Part shown: one piece after another, positions 8,001-16,268 of the stretch | Layout: every line of letters starts with the position of its first letter | Numbering within the stretch: the stretch's first letter is position 1 | DNA from: a virus | Lineage: Duplodnaviria; Caudoviricetes | IMG/VR virus record: IMGVR_UViG_3300030906_000642 | Location: 1 to 58,056 of that record | DNA: 58,056 nt | Direction: 5' to 3' (one strand) | Notes under the pieces: generated by a model | Database searches by the model: none | The model's input: only the letters and a program-made list of their open reading frames with translations | What the model was told of the DNA's origin: nothing | Made by a program: the position numbers and the translations under genes

Positions 8001-9953
8001 TCAATCCTTGAAAGGGTAGGCGCGGATGCGGGCGACGAGGGCCTCGACGGCGTCCAGGCTGCGCCCGGAAACTTCGGCGGCGCGCTTCATGTCGAGGCGG
8101 GTAATCCAGTGCTGGAACAAGGCGTCGAGGATGCCGAGCTCCGGCGCGTCCAGGCCGAAGACGTTCTTGCCCCTGGCCGGTTCGCCGGGGGCGGCGGGCA
8201 AGGCCTCGACCTCATGGCCTTCGCCGCCTTCTTCAGCCTCCATCTCCTCGCGCACCTCCCGCAACTGCTGCGAGAAGGCGTCGCCGGTCAGGCCCGGGAT
8301 GGCCTTCACCGGGGCGTTGAGCCACGCTGTGGCGTAGGGGCCAGAGCCGGCGACCTTGGCGCTCCAGGCGCCGTGGAATTCCGCGAGGTTGATGGGGTGC
8401 GGCAGGTCACCGTCCTCGCGGGCCTGCTTCAGCCAGCCCTCGCCGACGTCGGTGAGGTAGACTGCCCAGTCGGCGCCGCTCGGCTGCATCAGGCCGAGCA
8501 GCTTGAGGTTTCGGATCAGCGCCGACGCGGCGGCGCTGGAGGGCATGCCGTCGACCTTGGCGGCCCAGACACCGCCGCGCGCCGAGAAGCCTTTCTCCGC
8601 CAACTTGTGGCAGACCTCGGCCATGACCAGCATCTGGGGGTTGGAGAGGATCGGGATGTCGATGCGCGGCAGGTTGGGTGTGTCGCCGTGGGCGCCGACC
8701 GGCTCAGCCTGAGGCGATTGGGCGGTCGGCGTTTCGGGGGCAGCGACGCCGCGAACCGGGTTCGCGGGCGTCAGCGGTGTCTCGGTCGCCGCCGTGTTGA
8801 GCCAGTCGGTGAGGTATCGCCCGTCCCTGGCCAGGGCGCCGGCGGTGAGCGGTCCGGCGACGGCGTCGCGGAGGCGGTAGAGACAGTCGGCGCGTTCATC
8901 GACAAAGCCGATCTGGACGAACCAGACGGTCAGGTCCTGGTTGGCCCGCAGGCTGACGGACAGGGCGCCGTCGCGGCCCGACCGGGTGTCGATCATCTGG
9001 CGTTCGCGCAGGGTGGACAGGGCGCCGCCTTCACCCGGCTTTACGGCGATGAAGCCATTGACGTCGCCGGTGCGGTACTGGGCCGCGTCGGCAATCTCGG
9101 CCACCAGCACGGCCAGCTTGGGCGACAGGTCCAGCGCGGGCTTGGGCCTGCTCTCGGTGACATTGTCGCGCACCTCGCGATAGTTCTTTTCGCCGCTCTC
9201 CAAGGCGGCGAGGTCTTCCGGGGAAGCGCGGTTGAGCACCTTCAGCCGATCCTGGACCGTCTTGGCAAGCCGCCCGCTCTGGCGGGCGCATTCGGCGGCG
9301 GTCCAATGCTTGGCGTCACACAGCCGCTTGAAGGCGCGGGCCTCATCCAGTTCGCTCATCGGCGCGCCGGAGTTTTCCAGCAGGCCGATCAGGATCACCT
9401 CCTCCGCGTCGGCCGGGGCTTCCTCGACGGCCGGCATGGGCATGTCCGGGTCATAGCGGCCATCCTCGATCAATCTGCCGACAGCAAGCCAGCGGCGCTG
9501 GCCGGCGAGGATGAAGCGATGGCCGCCCACGCTGGGAGGTGTGACGATCAACGCATCCTTGACTCGGCCGACGGCGTCTATCGCGCCCATCAGCACCAGC
9601 AGCTCCTCCTCGTCGATGGCGTGGCGGGGATTGTCCGGATGGGGCGTCAGGTAGGCGTGCAGGACCTCGATCTCGCGGCCCTGGCGCTCACCGGCAGCCC
9701 CGTCCAGGCTGAGACGCCCCGCGCCGACGTCCATGGCCCGCAGCGCCAGATCCGCGCGGTCGGTAACCGTCAGGCCGTCGGCGCTGATAAGGCCCTCGTC
9801 CCGCAGCCGGCTGATGGTCTTGCTGAAGTTGGACTTGTCGCGCCCCAGTTCCTTGGCCAGGGCGGCTGGCGTGGCGGGGAGGTCGTCTTCCTTCAGGCGG
9901 CGCAGCAGGGGCTCGTTCTCGACGGCCAGGGGCGACAGGGGCGAGGCGTTCAT
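8001..9953 (-). CDS. wHTH + ParB/Spo0J-family DNA-binding protein (orphan, no ParA seen)
   Basis: N-terminal winged HTH (PAALAKELGRDKSNFSKTISRL), ParB box I PHPDNPR, box II ILAGQRRWLA, LLEN..., HTH WTAAECARQSGR..TVQDRLKVL, long C-terminal extension. Confidence 0.88.
   Translation of the reverse strand: MNASPLSPLAVENEPLLRRLKEDDLPATPAALAKELGRDKSNFSKTISRLRDEGLISADGLTVTDRADLALRAMDVGAGRLSLDGAAGERQGREIEVLHAYLTPHPDNPRHAIDEEELLVLMGAIDAVGRVKDALIVTPPSVGGHRFILAGQRRWLAVGRLIEDGRYDPDMPMPAVEEAPADAEEVILIGLLENSGAPMSELDEARAFKRLCDAKHWTAAECARQSGRLAKTVQDRLKVLNRASPEDLAALESGEKNYREVRDNVTESRPKPALDLSPKLAVLVAEIADAAQYRTGDVNGFIAVKPGEGGALSTLRERQMIDTRSGRDGALSVSLRANQDLTVWFVQIGFVDERADCLYRLRDAVAGPLTAGALARDGRYLTDWLNTAATETPLTPANPVRGVAAPETPTAQSPQAEPVGAHGDTPNLPRIDIPILSNPQMLVMAEVCHKLAEKGFSARGGVWAAKVDGMPSSAAASALIRNLKLLGLMQPSGADWAVYLTDVGEGWLKQAREDGDLPHPINLAEFHGAWSAKVAGSGPYATAWLNAPVKAIPGLTGDAFSQQLREVREEMEAEEGGEGHEVEALPAAPGEPARGKNVFGLDAPELGILDALFQHWITRLDMKRAAEVSGRSLDAVEALVARIRAYPFKD
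8751..8765. repeat. 15-bp palindrome copy 1 (GCGAACCGGGTTCGC), inside the parB-like gene
   Basis: Exact match; the inverted repeat extends to 8749..8767; read as ANPVR. Confidence 0.9.
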
Positions 9954-10156
9954 GCGGGGGCTTTCTCAGGCGAAAGGGCGGCTTTGGCCGCGCGCAGGGC
10001 GCGGATGGCGGATTGGGCTTGGCGCACCAGGTGCGGCGGCGCGGGCGTGAGGCCGGCGGGCACGTCGAAGACGACGAAGCCGTTGGCGGCGACGAAGATC
10101 AGGGCGTCGAGCTGGCCAGCGGTAAGCTCGATTGTGGCGGCGACCGGCGGCTTCAT
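9950..10156 (-). CDS. Small hypothetical phage protein
   Basis: ATGA overlaps at both ends. Confidence 0.55.
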   Translation of the reverse strand: MKPPVAATIELTAGQLDALIFVAANGFVVFDVPAGLTPAPPHLVRQAQSAIRALRAAKAALSPEKAPA

Positions 10157-10497
10157 GACTTGGGAAACCAGCCCACCCGCTGCAGATCGCGCAGGGCCGT
10201 GTTGGCGTCTGACGCGGTGATCCCGTCCCAGATCACAGCGAAGATCACGCCGGGGCCGATGGCGCTGTCGATGGCGCGGACCTCGACCTCATCGCGGGCG
10301 GCGCGGCAGGTGATGGCGTCTGGCGCGGCCCCAAGCCGGTCGCAGATCACCCGCATGGTTTCCTCGGGCGCCGGGCCGAACAGGCTGATGGTGTGGGCGC
10401 CCGGCCGGGCATAGCCGGTGAAGCGAATGGTGACGGTGGGTCCCTGGCGAAAGCTGGCGCACATGTGCGAACCGGGTTCGCTGTTGGGATCGGTCAT
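10153..10497 (-). CDS. Hypothetical phage protein
   Basis: MTDPNSEPGSH...; stop overlaps the next start; an alternative GTG start lies at 10554. Confidence 0.5.
   Translation of the reverse strand: MTDPNSEPGSHMCASFRQGPTVTIRFTGYARPGAHTISLFGPAPEETMRVICDRLGAAPDAITCRAARDEVEVRAIDSAIGPGVIFAVIWDGITASDANTALRDLQRVGWFPKS
10467..10481. repeat. 15-bp palindrome copy 2
   Basis: GCGAACCGGGTTCGC, exact; read as EPGS. Confidence 0.9.
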
Positions 10498-10556
10498 GAT
10501 CTGGCCGGCGAAGAAGGCGCCTTCGGCCCGGGCGCGGCGGGCGGAGGGCTGCACGG

Positions 10557-10943
10557 TCAGGCCTCCGCCAGCTGGGCGCGGAGCGTCGCCGTGTCGGGCA
10601 GGCGGATCGCCCCGCGCCGGACCACGATGTCCGTATGCCGGTAGCAGGCCATCCGCCGGGCCTTCAGCAACCGTTCGGCCACGTCGCTGCGGACGGCATA
10701 GAGCGGGTCGCGGCCGATGGCGTCGTTCAGCAGGCCGGCCTCGTCCGCCGTCAGGCGGAACCGATGGACGCCCGCGCGGCCAGCGATGACGATCCGCTGG
10801 CGGGCGCCGTCGACCACGATGAGCGGGACGAAGCGGATGCTGTCCGCGCCGCCTTCACCGGCGCGTTCCATCGCCAACAGCGCGGCGGTGACCACCTGGT
10901 TGCGGCGGTCGGCTTCGACGGAGGAGGGGGCGGCCCAGCTCAT
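10557..10943 (-). CDS. Hypothetical phage protein
   Basis: MSWAAPSS...; 1-bp overlap with the upstream stop. Confidence 0.55.
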   Translation of the reverse strand: MSWAAPSSVEADRRNQVVTAALLAMERAGEGGADSIRFVPLIVVDGARQRIVIAGRAGVHRFRLTADEAGLLNDAIGRDPLYAVRSDVAERLLKARRMACYRHTDIVVRRGAIRLPDTATLRAQLAEA

Positions 10944-11290
10944 CACAGCACCGCCGGATCGCGGCCGGCGTCGGGGTCGGCGATCAGGGGGCGGCGCAGG
11001 GCATAGTCGAGCGCGCCTTGCAGCCGGCCGACGGCGGCGTTCCCCGCGGACCCGTCCAGGAAGGCGTATCCAAGCAGGGCCAGGACGTTGCCGTCCTCGT
11101 CCAGGGCCTGGACCTCGACGACCGGACCGCACCGACGCCGCCCGCCGCGATCGGCCAGCGAACAGGCCTTGAGGCTGATGGTGTGATCCTCGCGCAGGTC
11201 GTGGATGCGCTCGGCGAGGCCGTCGGCGGAGAGGAAGGTCTCGTCCACCGCCAGCAGGGCGCGGGAAAAGGCATAGGGACGGCGTTGCAT
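10943..11290 (-). CDS. Hypothetical phage protein
   Basis: MQRRPYAF...; GGAG RBS upstream; tightly packed with neighbours. Confidence 0.55.
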   Translation of the reverse strand: MQRRPYAFSRALLAVDETFLSADGLAERIHDLREDHTISLKACSLADRGGRRRCGPVVEVQALDEDGNVLALLGYAFLDGSAGNAAVGRLQGALDYALRRPLIADPDAGRDPAVL

Positions 11291-11292
11291 GA

Positions 11293-11568
11293 TTAGCGGC
11301 TCCTGCGAGGGTCGAGGTGTTGCTTGAGGTGTTCGGAGGCCTCGCCCATCAGGTCGGTGAAGTCGCCGATGTGGAGGTGGTGAAGCTCGACGGCCGTGAC
11401 CTGCGAGCCGGAGTTGAAGGTCAGGCGGACATGGGCGTAGCCGAAGGGCGGCGTGACGACCTCGGCCTGGATGACGACGCCATCGCCGTCCATGTCGGCG
11501 CTCCAGTGGATCGTCTCCGCCGACGCGGGAGGGCTTGGCGGCGCCTCGGATCGCTTGGACTTGCCCAT
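11293..11568 (-). CDS. Hypothetical phage protein
   Basis: MGKSKRSE...; tightly packed in the leftward operon. Confidence 0.55.
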   Translation of the reverse strand: MGKSKRSEAPPSPPASAETIHWSADMDGDGVVIQAEVVTPPFGYAHVRLTFNSGSQVTAVELHHLHIGDFTDLMGEASEHLKQHLDPRRSR

Positions 11569-11570
11569 GG

Positions 11571-11768
11571 TCAGAGGCTCCGAAGGATGAGGAGGAAGAC
11601 GAGGACGGCGGCCGATCCGGCCCCGGCGAGCACCCAGTCGATGGTCGGCGCGGCGCGCCGGCGGCGCTGCCAGCGCAGGGTCTGCGGCGCGGGGGCGCTG
11701 GCCGGCGCATTGGGGCGGGCGACGAAGCGGCCGCGAACGGGGTCCCAGACCAGATGGTCGCCGTTCAT
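11571..11768 (-). CDS. Small protein with C-terminal transmembrane helix
   Basis: 65 aa ending WVLAGAGSAAVLVFLLILRSL; ATGA-coupled. Confidence 0.5.
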   Translation of the reverse strand: MNGDHLVWDPVRGRFVARPNAPASAPAPQTLRWQRRRRAAPTIDWVLAGAGSAAVLVFLLILRSL

Positions 11769-11983
11769 GGCAGGCGCTCCAGCGTCCAGGCCGGGGCCGC
11801 GCCACCGCCGCCGGTGACGGGCAGGCGGTGCAGGATGTCGATGGCGATCTGGGTGCGCCGGGGCCAGTTGGCCTCACCGCCGAGGTCGCCTGCGTTGTCG
11901 GCGAAGAAGTCGCCGAGGGTGGTCTCGCTTACGTCGCCCTCCACCGTGAGGCGGCAGCGCAGACTGCGGAAATCGGTCTTCAT
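11765..11983 (-). CDS. First gene of the leftward early operon, hypothetical
   Basis: AGAGGGA RBS upstream; lies directly downstream of the leftward promoter. Confidence 0.55.
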   Translation of the reverse strand: MKTDFRSLRCRLTVEGDVSETTLGDFFADNAGDLGGEANWPRRTQIAIDILHRLPVTGGGGAAPAWTLERLP

Positions 11984-12094
11984 GAAGGTCCCTCTGTTGT
12001 GGCCCCGCGCCGGCGTCGGTGTCGGCGGATGGCCTCACGGGGGATGGGCCAACCGCCAGCGACCGGCGCGGGGTTGGTGGTAGGGAAGAACCAG

Positions 12095-12159
12095 TTTGCA
12101 AAAACTGTCAATCTGCGATTTGCAGAAAAAGCTAATTCACAATTTGCAAAAAGAGCGAA
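12095..12159 (-). promoter_or_regulatory. Leftward promoter PL with three operator sites (OL-like)
   Basis: TTTGCA at 12095, 12119 and 12143 (exact 24-bp period), each followed by N5 and a degenerate TGCAAA; perfect TTGACA on the minus strand at 12111..12106. Confidence 0.8.
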
Positions 12160-12308
12160 TCATTTGTGGCGCCCCGGCCGCTCGTGTTTGTGGCTATTGA
12201 TCCCAAAGGGGAAATTGGACGGCAGCGTTGCAAGTCGGCGGCGCCGTCCCTGAGAATCGACTATGTGTCCGGCAGGTGTAAGCTCACCCGCGCAACTGGG
12301 GGCTGAAC

Positions 12309-12689
12309 ATGCGACGCTTGATGCTCGGACTGATGATCGCCGCGCTGGCGACCTCGGCAATGGCCGACCCCAGCCCGATAGACGTTGCGGCGCAGTTTCA
12401 AATCGGGGTCGCCACGCCTGAAGATGTGATCGCGAAGCTTGGGCCGCCCATGACTGTCCTGAAGAACTCCGACGGCACGGAGATGCTGACCTATGTTAGG
12501 AGCGCCAGCCACGTAAAGGCGGCCAGCTTCATTCCGCTGGTGGGATTGTTCGCCGGTGGCGCCGTCAGCCACTCGTCGTCTTTGGTCTTCATGTTTGACA
12601 CGAAGGGGCTGCTCAAGAGCACCAGCTCAAGCAGCTCCAATCTGGACTGTTCGGCGCTGCTGGTGGGCGCGAACTGCCACACCAACTGA
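12309..12689 (+). CDS. Exported SmpA/OmlA(BamE)-like domain protein; moron in the immunity region
   Basis: Signal peptide ending ..SAMA; IGVATPEDVIAKLGPP..LTY and FIPLVGLFAGG pattern; oriented against the flanking phage operons. Confidence 0.6.
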   Translation: MRRLMLGLMIAALATSAMADPSPIDVAAQFQIGVATPEDVIAKLGPPMTVLKNSDGTEMLTYVRSASHVKAASFIPLVGLFAGGAVSHSSSLVFMFDTKGLLKSTSSSSSNLDCSALLVGANCHTN

Positions 12690-12711
12690 TCAGCGACGCG
12701 AGGGCGGATCC

Positions 12712-12996
12712 ATGCCGACCGACGGGACAAAGATTGCGGAAGCCAGGATCGGCGGGTCGCTGGGATTGTGGCTCGCCGCAGGCGTACTGCTGGCGATCGC
12801 GATCTTCGCAGCGCTAGCGTCGGCGGATGGCGCGTCTCCAAGCGCGGGCGCGGTCGCGGGGCTGGCTGGAACGGCCGGCGTGGCTTGCCTGTTGATCGCC
12901 TTCCTGCGCGGTTTGTTCGCTGCCATCGAGTTGCGCTTGATGGATATCGAACGCGGGGTGAAGACCCGCGCCACCGACTTGGCGGATGGGCGTTAA
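12712..12996 (+). CDS. Two-TM membrane protein (moron partner)
   Basis: 94 aa with two hydrophobic helices; GAGGG RBS; convergent with cI. Confidence 0.55.
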   Translation: MPTDGTKIAEARIGGSLGLWLAAGVLLAIAIFAALASADGASPSAGAVAGLAGTAGVACLLIAFLRGLFAAIELRLMDIERGVKTRATDLADGR

Positions 12997-13005
12997 AACG
13001 CCAGC

Positions 13006-13653
13006 TTAGCCGCGCCCGAAGGACGCGCCGACTACGGCGTCCAGGGCCTCAACGTCGCGAAGCGGGAGCTTTAGCGCCTGCTGATCTTTCGGATTGAGCT
13101 GGGTCAGGAACAGGGTGTTGTCGTCCTGACGATCATAGAACTTCACCAGGGCGTCGCCGTTGTTCATGCGTATGACAGTGAGTTGGCCCTTGATCGGTCG
13201 CTGGTTGCGGTTTGCGTATCCAATCTCGCCGTCGTTCAGGCGCGGCGAGACGCTGTCGCCAAAACAAATGAAGGCATAGGCGTAGCGCGAGCCGATTTGC
13301 GCTGGATGGATCGGCACGACGCCCACCCGCTGATCATCGTTGATACGCAGCGTCGCCCCAGCGGCGTTCGCATAGCCGAATAGGGGGACCGCGTCGCCGG
13401 TTCCGGTCAGGTCGGGCGCCGCCGGTTCGTCCACCGGCGCGGCGACGAGTTCGCGCAGGGCGTCCATCTCGTCCGCCGCAATCTTTTGCGGGCCTGACGC
13501 CCTGCGACTGATGTCGTAGTTCTTGTAGGTCCTGCCGAGCCGCCTGCTCAGATAGTCGGCGATCTGCTGCTGTGTCCGCCCGGTCTGCTCGACCAGCTGG
13601 GCAAATTCGGCGTTTACGCCGGATGAGGCGACTTTGACGGATGCGCGGGCCAT
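13006..13653 (-). CDS. CI-like repressor (HTH + S24 autopeptidase)
   Basis: N-terminal HTH (TQQQIADYLS), AAG cleavage-site region, GDSVSP catalytic Ser motif, LVK Lys; divergent from the cro-like gene. Confidence 0.88.
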   Translation of the reverse strand: MARASVKVASSGVNAEFAQLVEQTGRTQQQIADYLSRRLGRTYKNYDISRRASGPQKIAADEMDALRELVAAPVDEPAAPDLTGTGDAVPLFGYANAAGATLRINDDQRVGVVPIHPAQIGSRYAYAFICFGDSVSPRLNDGEIGYANRNQRPIKGQLTVIRMNNGDALVKFYDRQDDNTLFLTQLNPKDQQALKLPLRDVEALDAVVGASFGRG

Positions 13654-13661
13654 GCGCCGTT

Positions 13662-13738
13662 GTTTTGCAGGAAATGCAAAACTTGGCGATTGACGCGTTT
13701 TGCAAATCACTTCAGCCGTCGTTTGCATCAATTGCAAA
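13662..13738. promoter_or_regulatory. OR-like operators and divergent promoters
   Basis: Perfect TTTGCA-N5-TGCAAA at 13664..13680 and 13722..13738, a half-site at 13699, and TTGACG -35 at 13690..13695. Confidence 0.85.
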
Positions 13739-13753
13739 TGGCAGAGCTGGTCC

Positions 13754-14029
13754 GTGAGCGCAACTCAAAAGATGGACGCCTTCGGCATGAAGGCCCTGGA
13801 GGAGGCGACAGGGAAGAACCTTGTCACTCTATATCGCTGGCGAAAAGCCCTCACCACGGGCGGGTCCATCAGTGATGACAACAAGCGCGCGCTGATCGCC
13901 GCAACCCGCGAGAGTGACCACGCCATCCAGATGGCGGACTTCTTCGCGGAGGAGATCGCCGCGCCTGCCGGCGAACCCGGTTCGCCCACCCCGGATGAAG
14001 TCGTCATCGCGGCCGGGAGGGCGTCATGA
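13754..14029 (+). CDS. Cro-like small regulator
   Basis: First rightward gene; HTH-like GMKALEEATGKNLVTLYRWR; start is GTG 13754 or ATG 13772. Confidence 0.7.
   Translation: MSATQKMDAFGMKALEEATGKNLVTLYRWRKALTTGGSISDDNKRALIAATRESDHAIQMADFFAEEIAAPAGEPGSPTPDEVVIAAGRAS
13971..13985. repeat. 15-bp palindrome copy 3, in the 3' end of the cro-like gene
   Basis: GCGAACCCGGTTCGC, exact; read as EPGS. Confidence 0.9.
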
Positions 14030-14451
14030 GCGCCTCCTCGACCAGCGCCCGCTATGACCGCCTGTGTGCACAGGCGCTGGCCGGCAAAGTCGACGCGATC
14101 AGGGAGCTGGCGCGCCGCGGGCTAGGGCTCCAGCAACCGGACGATGCGGTCGAGCACCCTGGCCATGTCGGCTTCGGTGGCGGACCTCAGCGTCATGGCG
14201 CCGCCGCCCCCGCCCATCCCGACCAGCCGCATCCGGGCCAGGCGTCCTGCGTCGGTCCCGGCCAGGGCGGTGACGAGCAGCTCCAGGCCCAGCAGCCGCT
14301 CCTCCGTCGTTGCGGGAAGCTCGTCGTCGACGCGCTCAAGGTCATCTTCATCCATCGCAATCTCTCCGTTGGTTGTGTTGCAACCGCCAGTGAAGAGCGA
14401 GTCGCGGGAGGCGGGAAATCCGCTTCCCGCGATGAGGGCGCGCGGTCATGA
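14026..14451 (+). CDS. Hypothetical ORF in the coupled rightward chain (contains an antisense gene)
   Basis: GGGAGG RBS and ATGA overlaps at both ends; the central part reads like the shadow of the antisense ORF. Confidence 0.45.
   Translation: MSASSTSARYDRLCAQALAGKVDAIRELARRGLGLQQPDDAVEHPGHVGFGGGPQRHGAAAPAHPDQPHPGQASCVGPGQGGDEQLQAQQPLLRRCGKLVVDALKVIFIHRNLSVGCVATASEERVAGGGKSASRDEGARS
14122..14355 (-). CDS. Small antisense nested protein
   Basis: 77 aa, helical (EERLLGLELLVTALA); GGAGAG RBS a few nt before the ATG. Confidence 0.55.
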   Translation of the reverse strand: MDEDDLERVDDELPATTEERLLGLELLVTALAGTDAGRLARMRLVGMGGGGGAMTLRSATEADMARVLDRIVRLLEP

Positions 14452-15197
14452 GCGTCGGCAGCTTTCTGCTCGGCGTGATGCCGTCGGGCGGCGTCCGGAT
14501 GGCCATACGTTTCGGCGATCAGGCCGTTCTGGTCGACTTTGATCGGCGCACGGCCACGCGCGTCGGACGTGACCTGGACATGCTCGGCGAAATCATCCCT
14601 GACGGCGGCTTGCCGTCAGGGTGGTCCGAAGACGCCCCGGTTAACCGGATCGTCGATGGCTGTGTGGAGGCTTTCGGCCAGGTCCTTGAGCGCCGACCCG
14701 AGGCGCTTGGCGAAGTCGGGGTCAGCGTCCGGCTCACCGTCCTCGGGATCACGTCGGATGTCGAAATAGCCGGTCGCCCGGCGCTCCAGCCCCTCGAACA
14801 GTTCGGTCTCGAAGAAGCTGACCCGGATGTATGGGCTGGTGGCTGGGCTCCGCTCGATCGTTGGCGTGATCTTGCCCGCGATGAGCCGCTTGGCGACCCG
14901 AAGGCCCACGGGCACGACGGCGCGGGCGGCTCTGCGCCGGATGCTGAACTCGTCGCGGAAGATGGACGTGTCCAGGTCGGCGGCGATCTGGACGTCGGGC
15001 AGCCCCCGGCGGCGCCAATGAGTGGGAGAGAGTTTGAAGGCGGCGGTGACGAGGCGCGGGCCGCCCGCGCCGCCGACCTGGGTGCGGATGGGCTTAAGCG
15101 CCTCGATCCGCAAATCTCGGGCGGTGACAATCTCCATGGCTGCGCAGCTTCCATCAGCGGAGTCGACGAGTCCAGAGCCAAGGGAGCGCGCTCATGA
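14448..15197 (+). CDS. Hypothetical ORF in the coupled rightward chain (contains an antisense gene)
   Basis: ATGA overlaps at both ends. Confidence 0.4.
   Translation: MSVGSFLLGVMPSGGVRMAIRFGDQAVLVDFDRRTATRVGRDLDMLGEIIPDGGLPSGWSEDAPVNRIVDGCVEAFGQVLERRPEALGEVGVSVRLTVLGITSDVEIAGRPALQPLEQFGLEEADPDVWAGGWAPLDRWRDLARDEPLGDPKAHGHDGAGGSAPDAELVAEDGRVQVGGDLDVGQPPAAPMSGREFEGGGDEARAARAADLGADGLKRLDPQISGGDNLHGCAASISGVDESRAKGARS
14616..15137 (-). CDS. Antisense nested hypothetical protein
   Basis: 173 aa with ordinary globular composition; GGAAG upstream. Confidence 0.5.
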   Translation of the reverse strand: MEIVTARDLRIEALKPIRTQVGGAGGPRLVTAAFKLSPTHWRRRGLPDVQIAADLDTSIFRDEFSIRRRAARAVVPVGLRVAKRLIAGKITPTIERSPATSPYIRVSFFETELFEGLERRATGYFDIRRDPEDGEPDADPDFAKRLGSALKDLAESLHTAIDDPVNRGVFGPP

Positions 15198-15718
15198 ACA
15201 CCCATCGCCTCAAATGCGTGCCGCCCTTCTTCGCGGCGATCCGGGACGGGTCCAAGCCCTTCGAGGTTCGGCGGAACGATCGCGACTACCAGGTCGGCGA
15301 TGTTCTGGTCCTGGCGGAATGGACCTTCCTGCCCGGGACGGAGAGCTTCGGCTTCACGGGTCAAGAAGAGGCGCGGCGGGTCAGCTATGTGCTGACCGAG
15401 TTTCCGGGGCTGGAGGCCGGGCATGTGGTGCTCGGCTTCGAGCTGGCCATCGCGACCTTCCCCACGCACGACCATCGCGCCTTCATCGCGGCGGTGGCGG
15501 CGGAAACGGCGCGCCGTCACGCGCACCGGACCCTCGACTCGGCGCGGGGCAAGGATCCCGAGGATCGGTTCGCGGCGATTTCCCGTGCGCTCGGCTTCGC
15601 CCTGGTGGCGGCGATGGTCGGGAACGTCAGTCGCATGCGCCAGCAACTGGTGACGGCGGCCGCCTCCATGGCCGACTGGCACGCCTTCGGCGGCGGCGTG
15701 CGGGAGCCTTTCTCATGA
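15194..15718 (+). CDS. DUF3850 / ASCH-PUA-like protein
   Basis: HRLKCVPPFFAAIRDGSKPFEVRRNDRDYQVGDVLVLAEW signature. Confidence 0.85.
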   Translation: MNTHRLKCVPPFFAAIRDGSKPFEVRRNDRDYQVGDVLVLAEWTFLPGTESFGFTGQEEARRVSYVLTEFPGLEAGHVVLGFELAIATFPTHDHRAFIAAVAAETARRHAHRTLDSARGKDPEDRFAAISRALGFALVAAMVGNVSRMRQQLVTAAASMADWHAFGGGVREPFS

Positions 15719-16062
15719 CCGTCGTCGCCTCGCCCGAGGACATCAAGATCTGGACCGGTTTCGTGGACGCCGCCGAGCGGTGCGCGAACCGGCATCTGGC
15801 CTGGCTGGTCGGCGAGACCGAGCCGGTGGCGGACAAGCTGTTCGGCGCCGAGAAGCGGGTGCGCCGGCGCACGATGCCCTGGGGACAGGCCGTGATCGGC
15901 TCGCCCCTCTATCGCCTGCACACCCTGGCCAGGGACTGGCGCGGCTACAGCTTCGAGCGCCGCCGCGAGACCGCCAAGGCCATGGCCGACCTGGTCGCCG
16001 ATGTGCGGCGCGCCTGGGTCCACCGCACAGACAGCCGCCTGCGCAAGGACATCTACGGATGA
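15715..16062 (+). CDS. Hypothetical phage protein
   Basis: MTVVASPEDIKIW...; ATGA coupling. Confidence 0.6.
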   Translation: MTVVASPEDIKIWTGFVDAAERCANRHLAWLVGETEPVADKLFGAEKRVRRRTMPWGQAVIGSPLYRLHTLARDWRGYSFERRRETAKAMADLVADVRRAWVHRTDSRLRKDIYG

Positions 16063-16268
16063 GCCTCGCCGGTCGGAGCGGAAGCCTCGTGCACAGTGGC
16101 CTGCTTGGGGCGTCGAACCGCCGGGCGCGGGGCGACGCCGTCGATGTCTCGATCCTCCGCGTCGAGGTCGCGGCTCTGCGGGCCAAGGCGACGTCGTGGT
16201 CCAACGTCGCCCGGATCACCGGCAAGCCGGAGGCGTGGCTGAAGCGCACGTTCGGAGGCGTCGCATGA
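16059..16268 (+). CDS. Small HTH-like protein
   Basis: SWSNVARITGKPEAWLKR; ATGA coupling. Confidence 0.5.
   Translation: MSLAGRSGSLVHSGLLGASNRRARGDAVDVSILRVEVAALRAKATSWSNVARITGKPEAWLKRTFGGVA

Noticed and set aside
13006-13737. Longer ORF-track starts for cI (13737) and cro (13700)
   Set aside because: They would overlap each other and the operator/promoter region; starts at 13653 and 13754/13772 fit better.
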